Assembly (NCBI GenBank): GCA_038204425.1
Contig: JBBRCZ010000004.1
Coordinates: 1-64,000 of the forward strand
From: Spirochaetia bacterium
Lineage (GTDB): Bacteria; Spirochaetota; Spirochaetia; DSM-27196; Salinispiraceae
DNA: 64,000 bases
Reading direction: 5' to 3'
Shown here piece after piece: positions 31,490 through 40,403 of this stretch (its first letter is position 1; every line of letters begins with the position of its first letter). A program made the translations under genes and the position numbers. Below the pieces are notes generated by a model. The model worked only from the letters and a program-made list of their open reading frames with translations. It was not told the DNA's origin and did no database searches.

Positions 31490-33436
31490 ATGTTTTTTGA
31501 TTACATGTCAAGTTTTATTACCTCCTCGTCCTGGCTTAGACTGGTACTCGATGCGGTTTTGTTTGCGCTCTTTACCGTTATGGCGAAGATTTACAAGATT
31601 CCTCTTGCCAAAGGCCTGTGGTACTTGCCCTTGGTTTTGGCAGGGCGTGACCTGCTTAGCTTCTTTGTTTTGCACCCCATGTTCTTTTTTCTCAGCGACG
31701 GAGCCTTACTGTGCATCTACACCTGGTGGCTGCATTCTTACAATCCCAAACTAGTACCAGCTAAGCTGTTTAACATTGTTACCGCTTTGGTCGTCGCCGT
31801 AGCAACCGTGCTCTCGTTTGTACTCAGCAACTTTGCCGTATCTTATATTGTGATGGCCATCTATGGCTTGGCTGCAACGCTTTGGTTTACGGTCTTAATC
31901 TCCAATTTTTCTGTTAACAATACACAAGGTGTTGAGTTTTTGGTCGAGATTCGTCTGCCACTTGTGGTCATGTTTTTTGCCACGCGTCTCTTATTATTAA
32001 TTGAATTCAATATCCAAACGCCGTTTGCCCAGTATGTGCTTGCCATCCTTGCCTATACGCCGCACTTTTTCTTGTTGTTTCGCTACATCGGGTATTTTGC
32101 CAAAAAGTTTGAAGAACGAGAAAAATACAGTAGCACCTACATCAACTCCCTGTTTGATTTTATGCGCACCATTGGTAGCGCCATGACAGAGAGAATTGAA
32201 GTAAAGTCCATACTTAACTACGTTATCAATTCTATTACCAAGTACATTAACGCCGACTCGGGCGTGGTAATGCTCAAAGATGGCCACGATGGAGTTTTAC
32301 GCATTGGCGCCATGGAAGGCTATTTTCCTCCGCCTTTTGAAGTGCCAGCCATTGTTAAAACCAAACTGACCGGTGTGCAGAAGTTTTTTGAGAACACACC
32401 TATAAAGCTTGGTGAGACTATTTTGGGCGAGTGCGCCGCCTCCAACAAGGCAATTTACATACGTAAAACGTCAGAAGATCCGCGTATGCAGTCCAATATC
32501 AAAGACGACACGCTATTGATCACTTCAATAATCGCCATCCCTTTGATTGTCAATAAAGACGTTTTTGGTGTTATTTCCATCATGCGCCGCAGCAAAGACA
32601 GTCTCTTTACCGACCTTGAGTACGAACGTTCTCGCGTTTTTGTCGAGTACGCCTCACTTACGCTCGACTCTCTCTATAACTATGCGCAGTTGCTAGAAAA
32701 GCAGGAAATCGAGCGCGAAGTTAACATTGCCGCCACTATTCAGAGGAAACTCTTGCCTACTCGAACACCTAAAGCAATCGCCAACATGGTGCACGCCTTT
32801 ACTCGGCCAGCCAAGGGAGTCTCGGGCGACTATTACGACATTATCCCATTAAACGCTATGGGTAAGTTTGCCATGGTTATCTGTGATGTGGCCGGCAAGG
32901 GTGTCCCTGCCAGCTTAATCATGGTTATGATTAGAACCATTATTCACACCATTGGTGGAGCCAAAAAGAACGCTGCCGAAGTGGTTGCTTGGATTAACCG
33001 TGGTATTGCCGGTCGAATCGACATAGAGCGATTTGCAACACTGTCATATTTAACTTACAATCCACAAGAACGCTTGCTTGAGTATTCTAACGCTGGCCAC
33101 CATCCTGTATTGCTCTACCGAAGTGGGACGGGCATAGTAGAACGGATTGACAGCCCAGGCTTGCCCATTGGGCTAGAACGTGACAGTGAATATACTTTGG
33201 TTAAGGTTTATCTGGAGACAGGAGACACTCTTTTGTCTTATACTGACGGTATCATAGAAGCTATGAACTATCGTGGCGAGCAGTTTGAAGAAGAACGATT
33301 GGTGCAGATTTTTGAAGAGCATGTGCTCAAGTCTCCCAAGGAACTTATAGACATCATTAGGTCTGCGGTTGATGGCTTTGTTGGCCAAGCAAAACAGCAT
33401 GATGATATGACCATGATCGTGCTTAAAGCAGATTAA
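31490..33436 (+). CDS. Membrane-bound GAF plus PP2C/SpoIIE (RsbU-like) phosphatase
   Basis: About 7 N-terminal TMs, GAF, VSGDYYD, DVAGKG, NAGH, YTDGIIEA, DDMT. Confidence 0.92.
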   Translation: MFFDYMSSFITSSSWLRLVLDAVLFALFTVMAKIYKIPLAKGLWYLPLVLAGRDLLSFFVLHPMFFFLSDGALLCIYTWWLHSYNPKLVPAKLFNIVTALVVAVATVLSFVLSNFAVSYIVMAIYGLAATLWFTVLISNFSVNNTQGVEFLVEIRLPLVVMFFATRLLLLIEFNIQTPFAQYVLAILAYTPHFFLLFRYIGYFAKKFEEREKYSSTYINSLFDFMRTIGSAMTERIEVKSILNYVINSITKYINADSGVVMLKDGHDGVLRIGAMEGYFPPPFEVPAIVKTKLTGVQKFFENTPIKLGETILGECAASNKAIYIRKTSEDPRMQSNIKDDTLLITSIIAIPLIVNKDVFGVISIMRRSKDSLFTDLEYERSRVFVEYASLTLDSLYNYAQLLEKQEIEREVNIAATIQRKLLPTRTPKAIANMVHAFTRPAKGVSGDYYDIIPLNAMGKFAMVICDVAGKGVPASLIMVMIRTIIHTIGGAKKNAAEVVAWINRGIAGRIDIERFATLSYLTYNPQERLLEYSNAGHHPVLLYRSGTGIVERIDSPGLPIGLERDSEYTLVKVYLETGDTLLSYTDGIIEAMNYRGEQFEEERLVQIFEEHVLKSPKELIDIIRSAVDGFVGQAKQHDDMTMIVLKAD

Positions 33437-33447
33437 TGTGCTATAAT
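33437..33447 (+). promoter_or_regulatory. Extended -10 internal promoter (TGTGCTATAAT)
   Basis: Perfect TGn-TATAAT immediately after the phosphatase stop codon, about 50 nt before the STAS start. Confidence 0.6.
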
Positions 33448-33497
33448 GTTACCATGTTCTTGTGATAGGATTCATTAGTAAAAAGGAGCATGCACCG

Positions 33498-33839
33498 GTG
33501 GAAGTTAAACTTAAGACCAAAAACGGAGTCCTGTTGGTGGAGCTTCAAGAGGAAATTGACCTCTTTCATGCCAACAAGCTGAAGTTGTATTTCAACAAAA
33601 TTTTTGAAAGTTCCCATACTAAGATCATTCTTAACTTTCAGGATGTTACCTACATTGACAGTTCTGGCATAGGCGCGCTTCTCAACATTTACAAAGAAAC
33701 CAAAAAGCGCAACATAAAAATGTTCTTTGCCAACATTCATGGTTCAGTCAAGAAAGTTATCGAGCTAACTAAGCTTGATGATTATTTCCCCATCCTTCGT
33801 TCAGAAGACGAAGCAATGGAACAGCTGAACTCAGAATAA
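33498..33839 (+). CDS. STAS-domain anti-sigma-factor antagonist
   Basis: EIDL, VTYIDSSGIGAL with the phospho-acceptor Ser; GTG start after AAGGAG. Confidence 0.9.
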   Translation: MEVKLKTKNGVLLVELQEEIDLFHANKLKLYFNKIFESSHTKIILNFQDVTYIDSSGIGALLNIYKETKKRNIKMFFANIHGSVKKVIELTKLDDYFPILRSEDEAMEQLNSE

Positions 33840-33859
33840 TACTGCTTAGGAGCATTACG

Positions 33860-34393
33860 ATGGCACACAAAGAACTTAGGGTTGACGAAAAAAATCCCTT
33901 GTTTGACAAAACAAACCTATTCTATAAGAAATTTCCCTCGGATCAGCGCCAGATTCGCTATTTCGCCTTGGTTATTGTACAAAAAGCACCTCCAGAGATT
34001 CAGGAAATCAACTTGCTTGAACAACAAATCTCTGAGCTTTTGAAAAATGCGGTCAAACACGGCAACCACAGCGACCCATCAAAGTCAGTGCACGTTTGGT
34101 ATTATTTTTCAAATGACGAAGCACGCTTGATAGTGGAAGACGAAGGCGAAGGCTTTAAGGATTTAGAAAAGTGGAACGAATTTAACAGTAAGCGCCTTGC
34201 CCTGCTGCAAGACCGTAAGTTTGATGACCTAGACAACTTCGTCTCCTTTAGAACCGATCGCTCTGATGAACATGACGGTGGCAACGCCCTTTTTGCAGCC
34301 CTGGAATACTGGGATGTAGGCATGATTTATGATGAAAAACGAACCTCGGTTGCTGTCGGCAAGCGATTTGAAAAAAGACGACTAGCCGTTTAG
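33860..34393 (+). CDS. RsbW-like HATPase (anti-sigma factor / Ser kinase)
   Basis: ELLKNAVKHGN N-box, VEDEGEGF G1 box; G2 box atypical (GGNAL). Confidence 0.8.
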   Translation: MAHKELRVDEKNPLFDKTNLFYKKFPSDQRQIRYFALVIVQKAPPEIQEINLLEQQISELLKNAVKHGNHSDPSKSVHVWYYFSNDEARLIVEDEGEGFKDLEKWNEFNSKRLALLQDRKFDDLDNFVSFRTDRSDEHDGGNALFAALEYWDVGMIYDEKRTSVAVGKRFEKRRLAV

Positions 34394-34416
34394 TAGAGCA
34401 TGCTGAGCCAAAAGAG

Positions 34417-34452
34417 AAAGCTGTTTGATACAAGATCAAACAGCTTTTTTTT
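34417..34452. terminator. Intrinsic terminator, probably bidirectional
   Basis: AAAGCTGTTTGAT-ACAAG-ATCAAACAGCTTT plus a T run, between convergent genes. Confidence 0.85.
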
Positions 34453-34511
34453 GCTTCTTGGGCAAAAATACTGCCTCGGAAAATTCCGGGGCAGTATCTT
34501 CTGCGAGAAGA

Positions 34512-34853
34512 TTAACCTATCGCTACGGTTCCAGTCTCATTGGTTCTAATGCGAACTACTTCCTCCAAGGGAGTAATAAAAATCTTGCCATCACCGATTT
34601 CCCCAGTGTGGGCACCGTCGATAATTGCCTTTATGGTCTTCTTTACAAAGTCATCATTAACGGCAATCTCTATGCGGATCTTCTTGAGCAAATTTACTTC
34701 GATGTCTACACCGCGAAACTTTTCGGTGTAGCCCATTTGCTGTCCACAACCCAAGGCATTGGTCACGGAAATCTTGTAAATCTCAGCTTCAAAAAGCTTC
34801 TGTTTAACATCGTTTAACTTGTGCGGCTGTATATACGCGGTTATCAATTTCAT
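34512..34853 (-). CDS. glnK: P-II nitrogen regulator
   Basis: [24 protein letters not shown]; cotranscribed after amtB. Confidence 0.9.
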   Translation of the reverse strand: MKLITAYIQPHKLNDVKQKLFEAEIYKISVTNALGCGQQMGYTEKFRGVDIEVNLLKKIRIEIAVNDDFVKKTIKAIIDGAHTGEIGDGKIFITPLEEVVRIRTNETGTVAIG

Positions 34854-34876
34854 AACATTTTCTCCTTGTACTGCTA

Positions 34877-36232
34877 TTACATGTTACTGAAGATTTGGAA
34901 GCCATGGTATGCATCAGCGCCATGCTCGTTGATATCCAAGCCTTGTTGTTCTTCTTTTTTGCTTACGCGAAGGAACTTAACTGCTTTGAGCAGCAAGAAT
35001 ACCGCACCCATGGTTACCACTACCCATCCGAATACCATACCTACGCCCAAAGCTTGCACGCCCAACTGTGTAGCATCGCCTCCCATAAAGAGTCCTGCGG
35101 TACCCTGTCGGATTCGATCGGGTTCGGCAAACAATCCTACTGCCAAGGTTCCCCAGACACCACAGATGCCGTGTACAGAAATGGCTCCAACTGGATCATC
35201 TATGTGCAAAACCTTGTCAAAGAACTCGACACTGAGCACCACCAGAATACCACCAATCAAACCAATGATTATGGCCGATGTTGGACTAACGGCAAAGGTT
35301 GGCGCGGTAATGGAAACCAAACCTGCCAATGCGCCGTTCATAGTCATAGAAACGTCAGGCTTCTTAAACCATATCCAGCTCAGTATCATGGCGGCAACTG
35401 CCCCGGCAGAAGCACCAAGTGTGGTGGTTACGGCAATGTGACCTATGTCGGCACTGCTACCGTTGAGGGTAGAACCGGCATTAAAGCCATACCAACCAAA
35501 CCAGAGGATAAACACACCCAAGGCGGCCAAAGTCAGGTTGTGACCAGGGAATGCCTTAGAGATGATCTTGCCATCAACTTTGACATATTTGCCCAAACGT
35601 GGTCCAAGCACTACGGCACCAACTAGGGCTGCCCAACCACCGACACTATGAACTACGGTCGACCCAGCAAAGTCATGGAATCCTTTTACTGCTAAGAATC
35701 CTTCTGCATTCCATATCCAATGCCCTGCTACTGGGTAAACAATGGCCGAAATAAAGACGCTATATATCAAATATGAGCCAAACTTGATACGTTCTGCAAC
35801 GGCTCCCGAGACAATGGTGGCGGCGGTTGCGGCAAATACTACCTGGAAGAACCAGTCACGCATCTTGTTGGCCCATTCTTCGGTTGGAATGTTGAGGAAG
35901 AACTCACTGGTTCCAAACCAACCGCCGCTTGAAGCGCCATACATGAGACCCCAACCAACTGCAAAGAAGGCCAAGGCACCAACCGCAAAGTCCATTAAAT
36001 TTTTCATTAGGATATTGACGGCGTTCTTTGATCTAGTCAAACCAACCTCAACCATTGCAAAGCCTGCTTGCATCAAAAATACAAGGGCCCCTGCAACCAC
36101 TAACCACAGCATGGTTGTAATACCGTCGAGGTCAGCTTTAGTCACATACTCCGCCTCTTGCGCTGAAACTATGGCTGGAAAAACCATAAGCGACAAAAGA
36201 ACGACAAGTACCGTAAGTGCTCTCTTTTTCAT
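34877..36232 (-). CDS. amtB: Ammonium transporter
   Basis: [41 protein letters not shown]-terminal signal peptide. Confidence 0.96.
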   Translation of the reverse strand: MKKRALTVLVVLLSLMVFPAIVSAQEAEYVTKADLDGITTMLWLVVAGALVFLMQAGFAMVEVGLTRSKNAVNILMKNLMDFAVGALAFFAVGWGLMYGASSGGWFGTSEFFLNIPTEEWANKMRDWFFQVVFAATAATIVSGAVAERIKFGSYLIYSVFISAIVYPVAGHWIWNAEGFLAVKGFHDFAGSTVVHSVGGWAALVGAVVLGPRLGKYVKVDGKIISKAFPGHNLTLAALGVFILWFGWYGFNAGSTLNGSSADIGHIAVTTTLGASAGAVAAMILSWIWFKKPDVSMTMNGALAGLVSITAPTFAVSPTSAIIIGLIGGILVVLSVEFFDKVLHIDDPVGAISVHGICGVWGTLAVGLFAEPDRIRQGTAGLFMGGDATQLGVQALGVGMVFGWVVVTMGAVFLLLKAVKFLRVSKKEEQQGLDINEHGADAYHGFQIFSNM

Positions 36233-36291
36233 ACCTAACTCCTTTTTACTTTCGACAAGAAAGTTACTTGATTAAATCTCAGTACACTAAT

Positions 36292-36307
36292 TGCAAATAC
36301 CGTGCCA
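36292..36307 (-). promoter_or_regulatory. Sigma54 (-24/-12) promoter of amtB-glnK
   Basis: Minus strand TGGCACGGTATTTGCA matches the consensus TGGCACG-N4-TTGCW, about 60 nt upstream of amtB. Confidence 0.85.
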
Positions 36308-36353
36308 TCTTCAATATTTTTTCTATTTAATTTGATCAAAGAAAGAATTTGGC

Positions 36354-36620
36354 CTGATAACTGCCGTTGCTTTGGGCTGGTGGCTTATCATTTAATGGCA
36401 CTTGCTTGTTGCCTTTGGGCCTTTTTTAGCTGCGTGACTTAGTCAGGCGCAGCGACAACTGTTTGTAATGTAAGGATTTTGGGCACCTGTCGATTCTTGC
36501 ACTTCTCAGCAAGCAACATGGCCAAGCCTATGGTTGGGCATACGAATAAAAGGTAGCGTCCTGAGGCCAACTAAGGGCCTACGAAAGCCTTTTAAGCTGA
36601 GCCACCAGCCGCCTTATCGG
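36354..36620 (+). ncRNA. Candidate structured RNA (unassigned family)
   Basis: Nested helices 36375-87/36598-610, 36402-11/36507-16, 36429-53, 36547-54/36587-94 and 36354-60/36614-20; the non-Watson-Crick pairs in four of them are G.U on the + strand. Confidence 0.4.
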
Positions 36621-36753
36621 TATAACTTCGTGCACAATGCTACGTTTGTGTATTTATTGAGTAAATTAGATACATTTTGGTGTCAAAAATGCATGCCGAT
36701 GTATGGTTTGGCCCCCTTTTGCAGGCCGACCTAAGCGTATATAGTAGTCGGCA

Positions 36754-38682
36754 ATGAATACTAAAAATATACCCAATCTCGGAATCCGAAACATTGCAAT
36801 TATAGCCCACGTTGACCACGGTAAAACTACTTTGGTTGATGGTTTGTTCCGTCAATCCGGACTTTTTCGTGACAATCAAGAAACAGGCGAACGCCTGATG
36901 GACCGTATGGACCTCGAACGAGAACGAGGCATTACCATTGCCGCAAAAAACTGTGCCATCCGTTGGAATGGTGTTAAGGTCAATATTATTGACACCCCTG
37001 GTCACTCTGACTTTGGTGGAGAAGTTGAACGTGCCTTGTCGATGGTTGAAGGTGCCATATTGTTGGTTGACGCCAGCGAGGGCCCGCTGCCACAAACTCG
37101 CTTTGTCCTCAAGAAGGCTCTTGAGGCAGGCTTAAAGATTTTGGTGGTTGTCAATAAGATCGACCGCAAAGATGCACGGCCAGCAGAAGTGCTCGACGAG
37201 ATTTATAGTCTACTTATTGACCTTGACGCCAGCGAAGAGCAGCTTGAGTTTCCACTCTTTTACGCAATTGGCCGAGACGGTATCGCTCGCAAGACGCTTG
37301 AGCGTCAAGCTGATGCCCAAAAACCAGATGGCAGTCCTGTACCAGACGGAGAAGAAGGCGGCAACTTGCATCCATTGCTTGACGCTATTATTTCTGACTT
37401 GCCCCCACCTTACCACGACCCTGCGCAACCTTTTCAAATGTTGGTCTCCGACCTCGACTACTCGGAGTTTTTGGGCAGACTTGCCATTGGCAAGGTACAT
37501 CACGGTTCGGTCAAAGCCAACGAAGAGCTTGCTTGTATTGGCATAGATACCAACGCCGACGGTAGTATCAAAGAAGTAGTCAAGCCGCTTAGGGTCAGCC
37601 GTCTTCAGGTTTACCAAGGCATCGGCTTGGCTGAGGCACAAGCTGCCGAACCAGGCGACATTGTGGTGCTGTCAGGCATCAGCGCCGTCACCATTGGTGA
37701 CACGATTGCCACCAAGGCCGCACCGAGAGCTATTAAACGACTGACCGTAGACGAGCCAACGGTGAGTATGTTCTTTACTAAGAACGACGGCCCTTATTCG
37801 GGACTAGAAGGCAAGTACGTGCAAGGCGCGCGCATAGGCGAACGACTAGAAAAAGAAGCTCTCAGCAACGTTGGTATCAGGGTAGAAAAAGCCAAGGACA
37901 GTGATGGCTACATGGTAAAAGGACGTGGTGAGTTTCAGATGGCAATTATTATTGAAACCATGCGCCGCGAGGGATTTGAACTCTGTGTAGGACGCCCCGA
38001 GGTTATCTACCGCCACGAGAAGGGCAAAAGGCTAGAACCAATAGAGCAGCTTTTTATAGACTTAGAAAACGCCTATGTAGGTATTGTCACCGAAAAACTT
38101 TCTATCCGCAAATGCCGTATGACCAACATGACCGACCACGGCACCGGCCGCGTGCGGCTTGAGTTTTCGGCACCAAGCCGCGCGCTAATCGGCTACCGCG
38201 ACGAGTTTTTGACTGATACCAAGGGTACCGGCTTAATGAATAGTTACTTGGCGGGCTACGAGCCCTACCGTGGTGATCTCCCTGCCCGCACCAATGGCAG
38301 CTTAGTCTCTGACCGCCAAGGTGAAGCAGTACCCTATGCCATCTTTAACCTCGAACCACGCGGACGTATGTTTGTTGTACCTGGCGACAAAGTTTATGAG
38401 GGTATGATAGTTGGTGAGCATAACCGCGACAACGACCTCGACGTTAATCCTTGCCGCGAGAAGAAATTGACTAATATTCGTGCTGCAGGACGCGACGAAA
38501 ACGTAGTACTTACGCCTATTACGCCGCTAACTCTTGAAGTTGCACTTAACTTTTTACGGGACGACGAGTTGCTGGAGGTTACACCCACCAAGCTGCGCTT
38601 GCGCAAGATCTACCTGACCCAAAATCAGCGTACTATTGCTAACAAGCGCAACAAACTCAACGACCAAAACTACATGACCTAA
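36754..38682 (+). CDS. typA: Translational GTPase TypA/BipA
   Basis: [45 protein letters not shown]...[19 protein letters not shown]. Confidence 0.97.
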   Translation: MNTKNIPNLGIRNIAIIAHVDHGKTTLVDGLFRQSGLFRDNQETGERLMDRMDLERERGITIAAKNCAIRWNGVKVNIIDTPGHSDFGGEVERALSMVEGAILLVDASEGPLPQTRFVLKKALEAGLKILVVVNKIDRKDARPAEVLDEIYSLLIDLDASEEQLEFPLFYAIGRDGIARKTLERQADAQKPDGSPVPDGEEGGNLHPLLDAIISDLPPPYHDPAQPFQMLVSDLDYSEFLGRLAIGKVHHGSVKANEELACIGIDTNADGSIKEVVKPLRVSRLQVYQGIGLAEAQAAEPGDIVVLSGISAVTIGDTIATKAAPRAIKRLTVDEPTVSMFFTKNDGPYSGLEGKYVQGARIGERLEKEALSNVGIRVEKAKDSDGYMVKGRGEFQMAIIIETMRREGFELCVGRPEVIYRHEKGKRLEPIEQLFIDLENAYVGIVTEKLSIRKCRMTNMTDHGTGRVRLEFSAPSRALIGYRDEFLTDTKGTGLMNSYLAGYEPYRGDLPARTNGSLVSDRQGEAVPYAIFNLEPRGRMFVVPGDKVYEGMIVGEHNRDNDLDVNPCREKKLTNIRAAGRDENVVLTPITPLTLEVALNFLRDDELLEVTPTKLRLRKIYLTQNQRTIANKRNKLNDQNYMT

Positions 38683-39002
38683 GATTTAGCTTGGGACTTA
38701 GCCTGAGAATTAGTGTCGTCCTTGTGATCTTCTTCTTCATCTTTTTTGATGACTTGGATTCGCACCTTTTTGGCAAGGGCAGCAATGCCGGCTATGGCCG
38801 CCAAAAAGGGCGCGAGCAACAAGGCTGCACCGCTGGCAATAATGCCAACATTGAGTGGTATCTCAAGCAGCTTTTTGCCTCCTTCGCTCCACAAAACGAT
38901 GGAACGCACGTTGCCTTCGGCTACTAACTTTTTGACCGAAGCCATTAGTTCTTCGCCAGCAACGAACAATTCTTCTTCAAACGATTTTTTTTTGTCGCTC
39001 AT
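38679..39002 (-). CDS. DUF4342-like small protein
   Basis: VKKLVAEGNVRSI...LLEIPL..G...A.LLAP.LAAI; start at ATG 39002 (ORF track gives 39047). Confidence 0.75.
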   Translation of the reverse strand: MSDKKKSFEEELFVAGEELMASVKKLVAEGNVRSIVLWSEGGKKLLEIPLNVGIIASGAALLLAPFLAAIAGIAALAKKVRIQVIKKDEEEDHKDDTNSQAKSQAKS

Positions 39003-39099
39003 ACTTTCTTCTCCCCTTAGGCAAGATTTTGGGCCAAACACTGTCATGCAGTCGAAGGACCCCTTATAAGTATAGTGCTATTTGCTTAAGTGGGCAATT

Positions 39100-40191
39100 C
39101 TATACGGTTAAGACTAGGTTTATGAGTGTACGTTTGGAATGAGGGACTACGTTTACAAAGCTTTCAAAACCTACATCCATGGTGCGACAAGCGTCTTTGA
39201 GGCAAGTCATATAATAAAGGCCGAGTTCTGAGGCATTACCGAGACCTTCTATACCGTCATTGCGTTGTCCGCTATTGGAAATCTTACTTTGTTGATCAAT
39301 CTTTCCACGCAGACCTTCAAAGTCGGAGCCTTCGTTGCCAATGAGAATCTTAACCTTGGTTCGTTCTTGTTGGCTTTTTTTAAGTACGCCAAGCTCAAAG
39401 CTGACCCAGACGGGTTCGTGCCTGTCGTCACCGGGCATGGGCGAGGAATCCGGCTGAATGTTGGCAAGCATCAAGGTAAGCTCAGTCATGAGATAGGATA
39501 GATATTCTGGCAGCTCCGATCTACTGATATATTGCGCCAATAAGTTTTGCAGGTCTTGTTCAAGTTGACTGGTGGCTTGGTCGTCGCGCGAGTTGGCAAG
39601 CACCAGCCAGATTACCGGATCTATGGTGTTGAGGTAGCGGATAGACAAGAGTAGCAGTGACTTTCGTTCTTCTTCCAGCAGGCGTACATCTTGTACGATT
39701 TTCTTTTGTACAACGGCCAAGACTGTCTGTTTGCACGTCAAGATTGTATCTTTGGACTTGGCAACCAAGAGTTGGAAGATTTGGGCTTGCGTATTGGTGT
39801 TGGGGTTGAGCACCAACTTGGCGTTGCTGCGATTCCATTGAATTACCACATCAGAGCGCTGGAGCACTTCCCAAAGTTTGGTCTCAAACTGGCGGTAAAC
39901 CATGGCAGTTGCAAAGCATCGTGTCAAATCCATTAAAGAAACGCGCTGGTGCCCAAAGCGGTCAACCAAACGTTCTATCCGTTGCACCATACCGGTCATA
40001 GCCATCTTGAGTAGAGACTTAAACTCTACCTGTGGTAGTTCCACGCCAAATTCTTCGGCTCCATCAAAAAAACGAATTCGACGGGCTTTTTGCCCCATTT
40101 TGATAAATTGTTCAATACCAGGAGGGCTAAGCCCCAAGCTCAATGGGCCGACTATAAGTTCAGTTTTGGCATCGGATACATTTGAACTCAA
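39100..40191 (-). CDS. Hypothetical cytoplasmic protein
   Basis: 363-aa ORF, TTG start after GAGGAG; no recognised family. Confidence 0.75.
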   Translation of the reverse strand: MSSNVSDAKTELIVGPLSLGLSPPGIEQFIKMGQKARRIRFFDGAEEFGVELPQVEFKSLLKMAMTGMVQRIERLVDRFGHQRVSLMDLTRCFATAMVYRQFETKLWEVLQRSDVVIQWNRSNAKLVLNPNTNTQAQIFQLLVAKSKDTILTCKQTVLAVVQKKIVQDVRLLEEERKSLLLLSIRYLNTIDPVIWLVLANSRDDQATSQLEQDLQNLLAQYISRSELPEYLSYLMTELTLMLANIQPDSSPMPGDDRHEPVWVSFELGVLKKSQQERTKVKILIGNEGSDFEGLRGKIDQQSKISNSGQRNDGIEGLGNASELGLYYMTCLKDACRTMDVGFESFVNVVPHSKRTLINLVLTV

Positions 40192-40403
40192 AAACTAACT
40201 CCTCAATTAAACATAACACAGACTGGGCTAAGCGTGTAGATGCATATATTGTTGCACAATCACACAAATTTAACAGTATGTCCCTTTGCAATTTTCGGCG
40301 TACTGAGCGAATTTATATAGTAACATACGTAGCGCAAACTAAGTTATTGCTGATTGCCTAAGAATATGGGTAAGCTTGACTCAATTTACGGAGGAACAGA
40401 ACC

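Noticed and set aside
34821..36275. Several 177-243 aa + strand ORFs
   Set aside because: Antisense shadows of amtB.
36396..36412. Second sigma54 site TGGCACTTGCTTGTTGC on the + strand
   Set aside because: GG-to-GC spacing is not the required 10 nt.
36560..36590. CUGA...stem...CGAAA hammerhead-like pattern
   Set aside because: The core reads CUGAGGC rather than CUGANGA, and the stems do not fit.
36376..36609. E. coli Chi octamer GCTGGTGG in inverted orientation near recBCD
   Set aside because: Chi is lineage-specific. These copies are the arms of one helix, and the other copies I noticed lie inside coding sequence.
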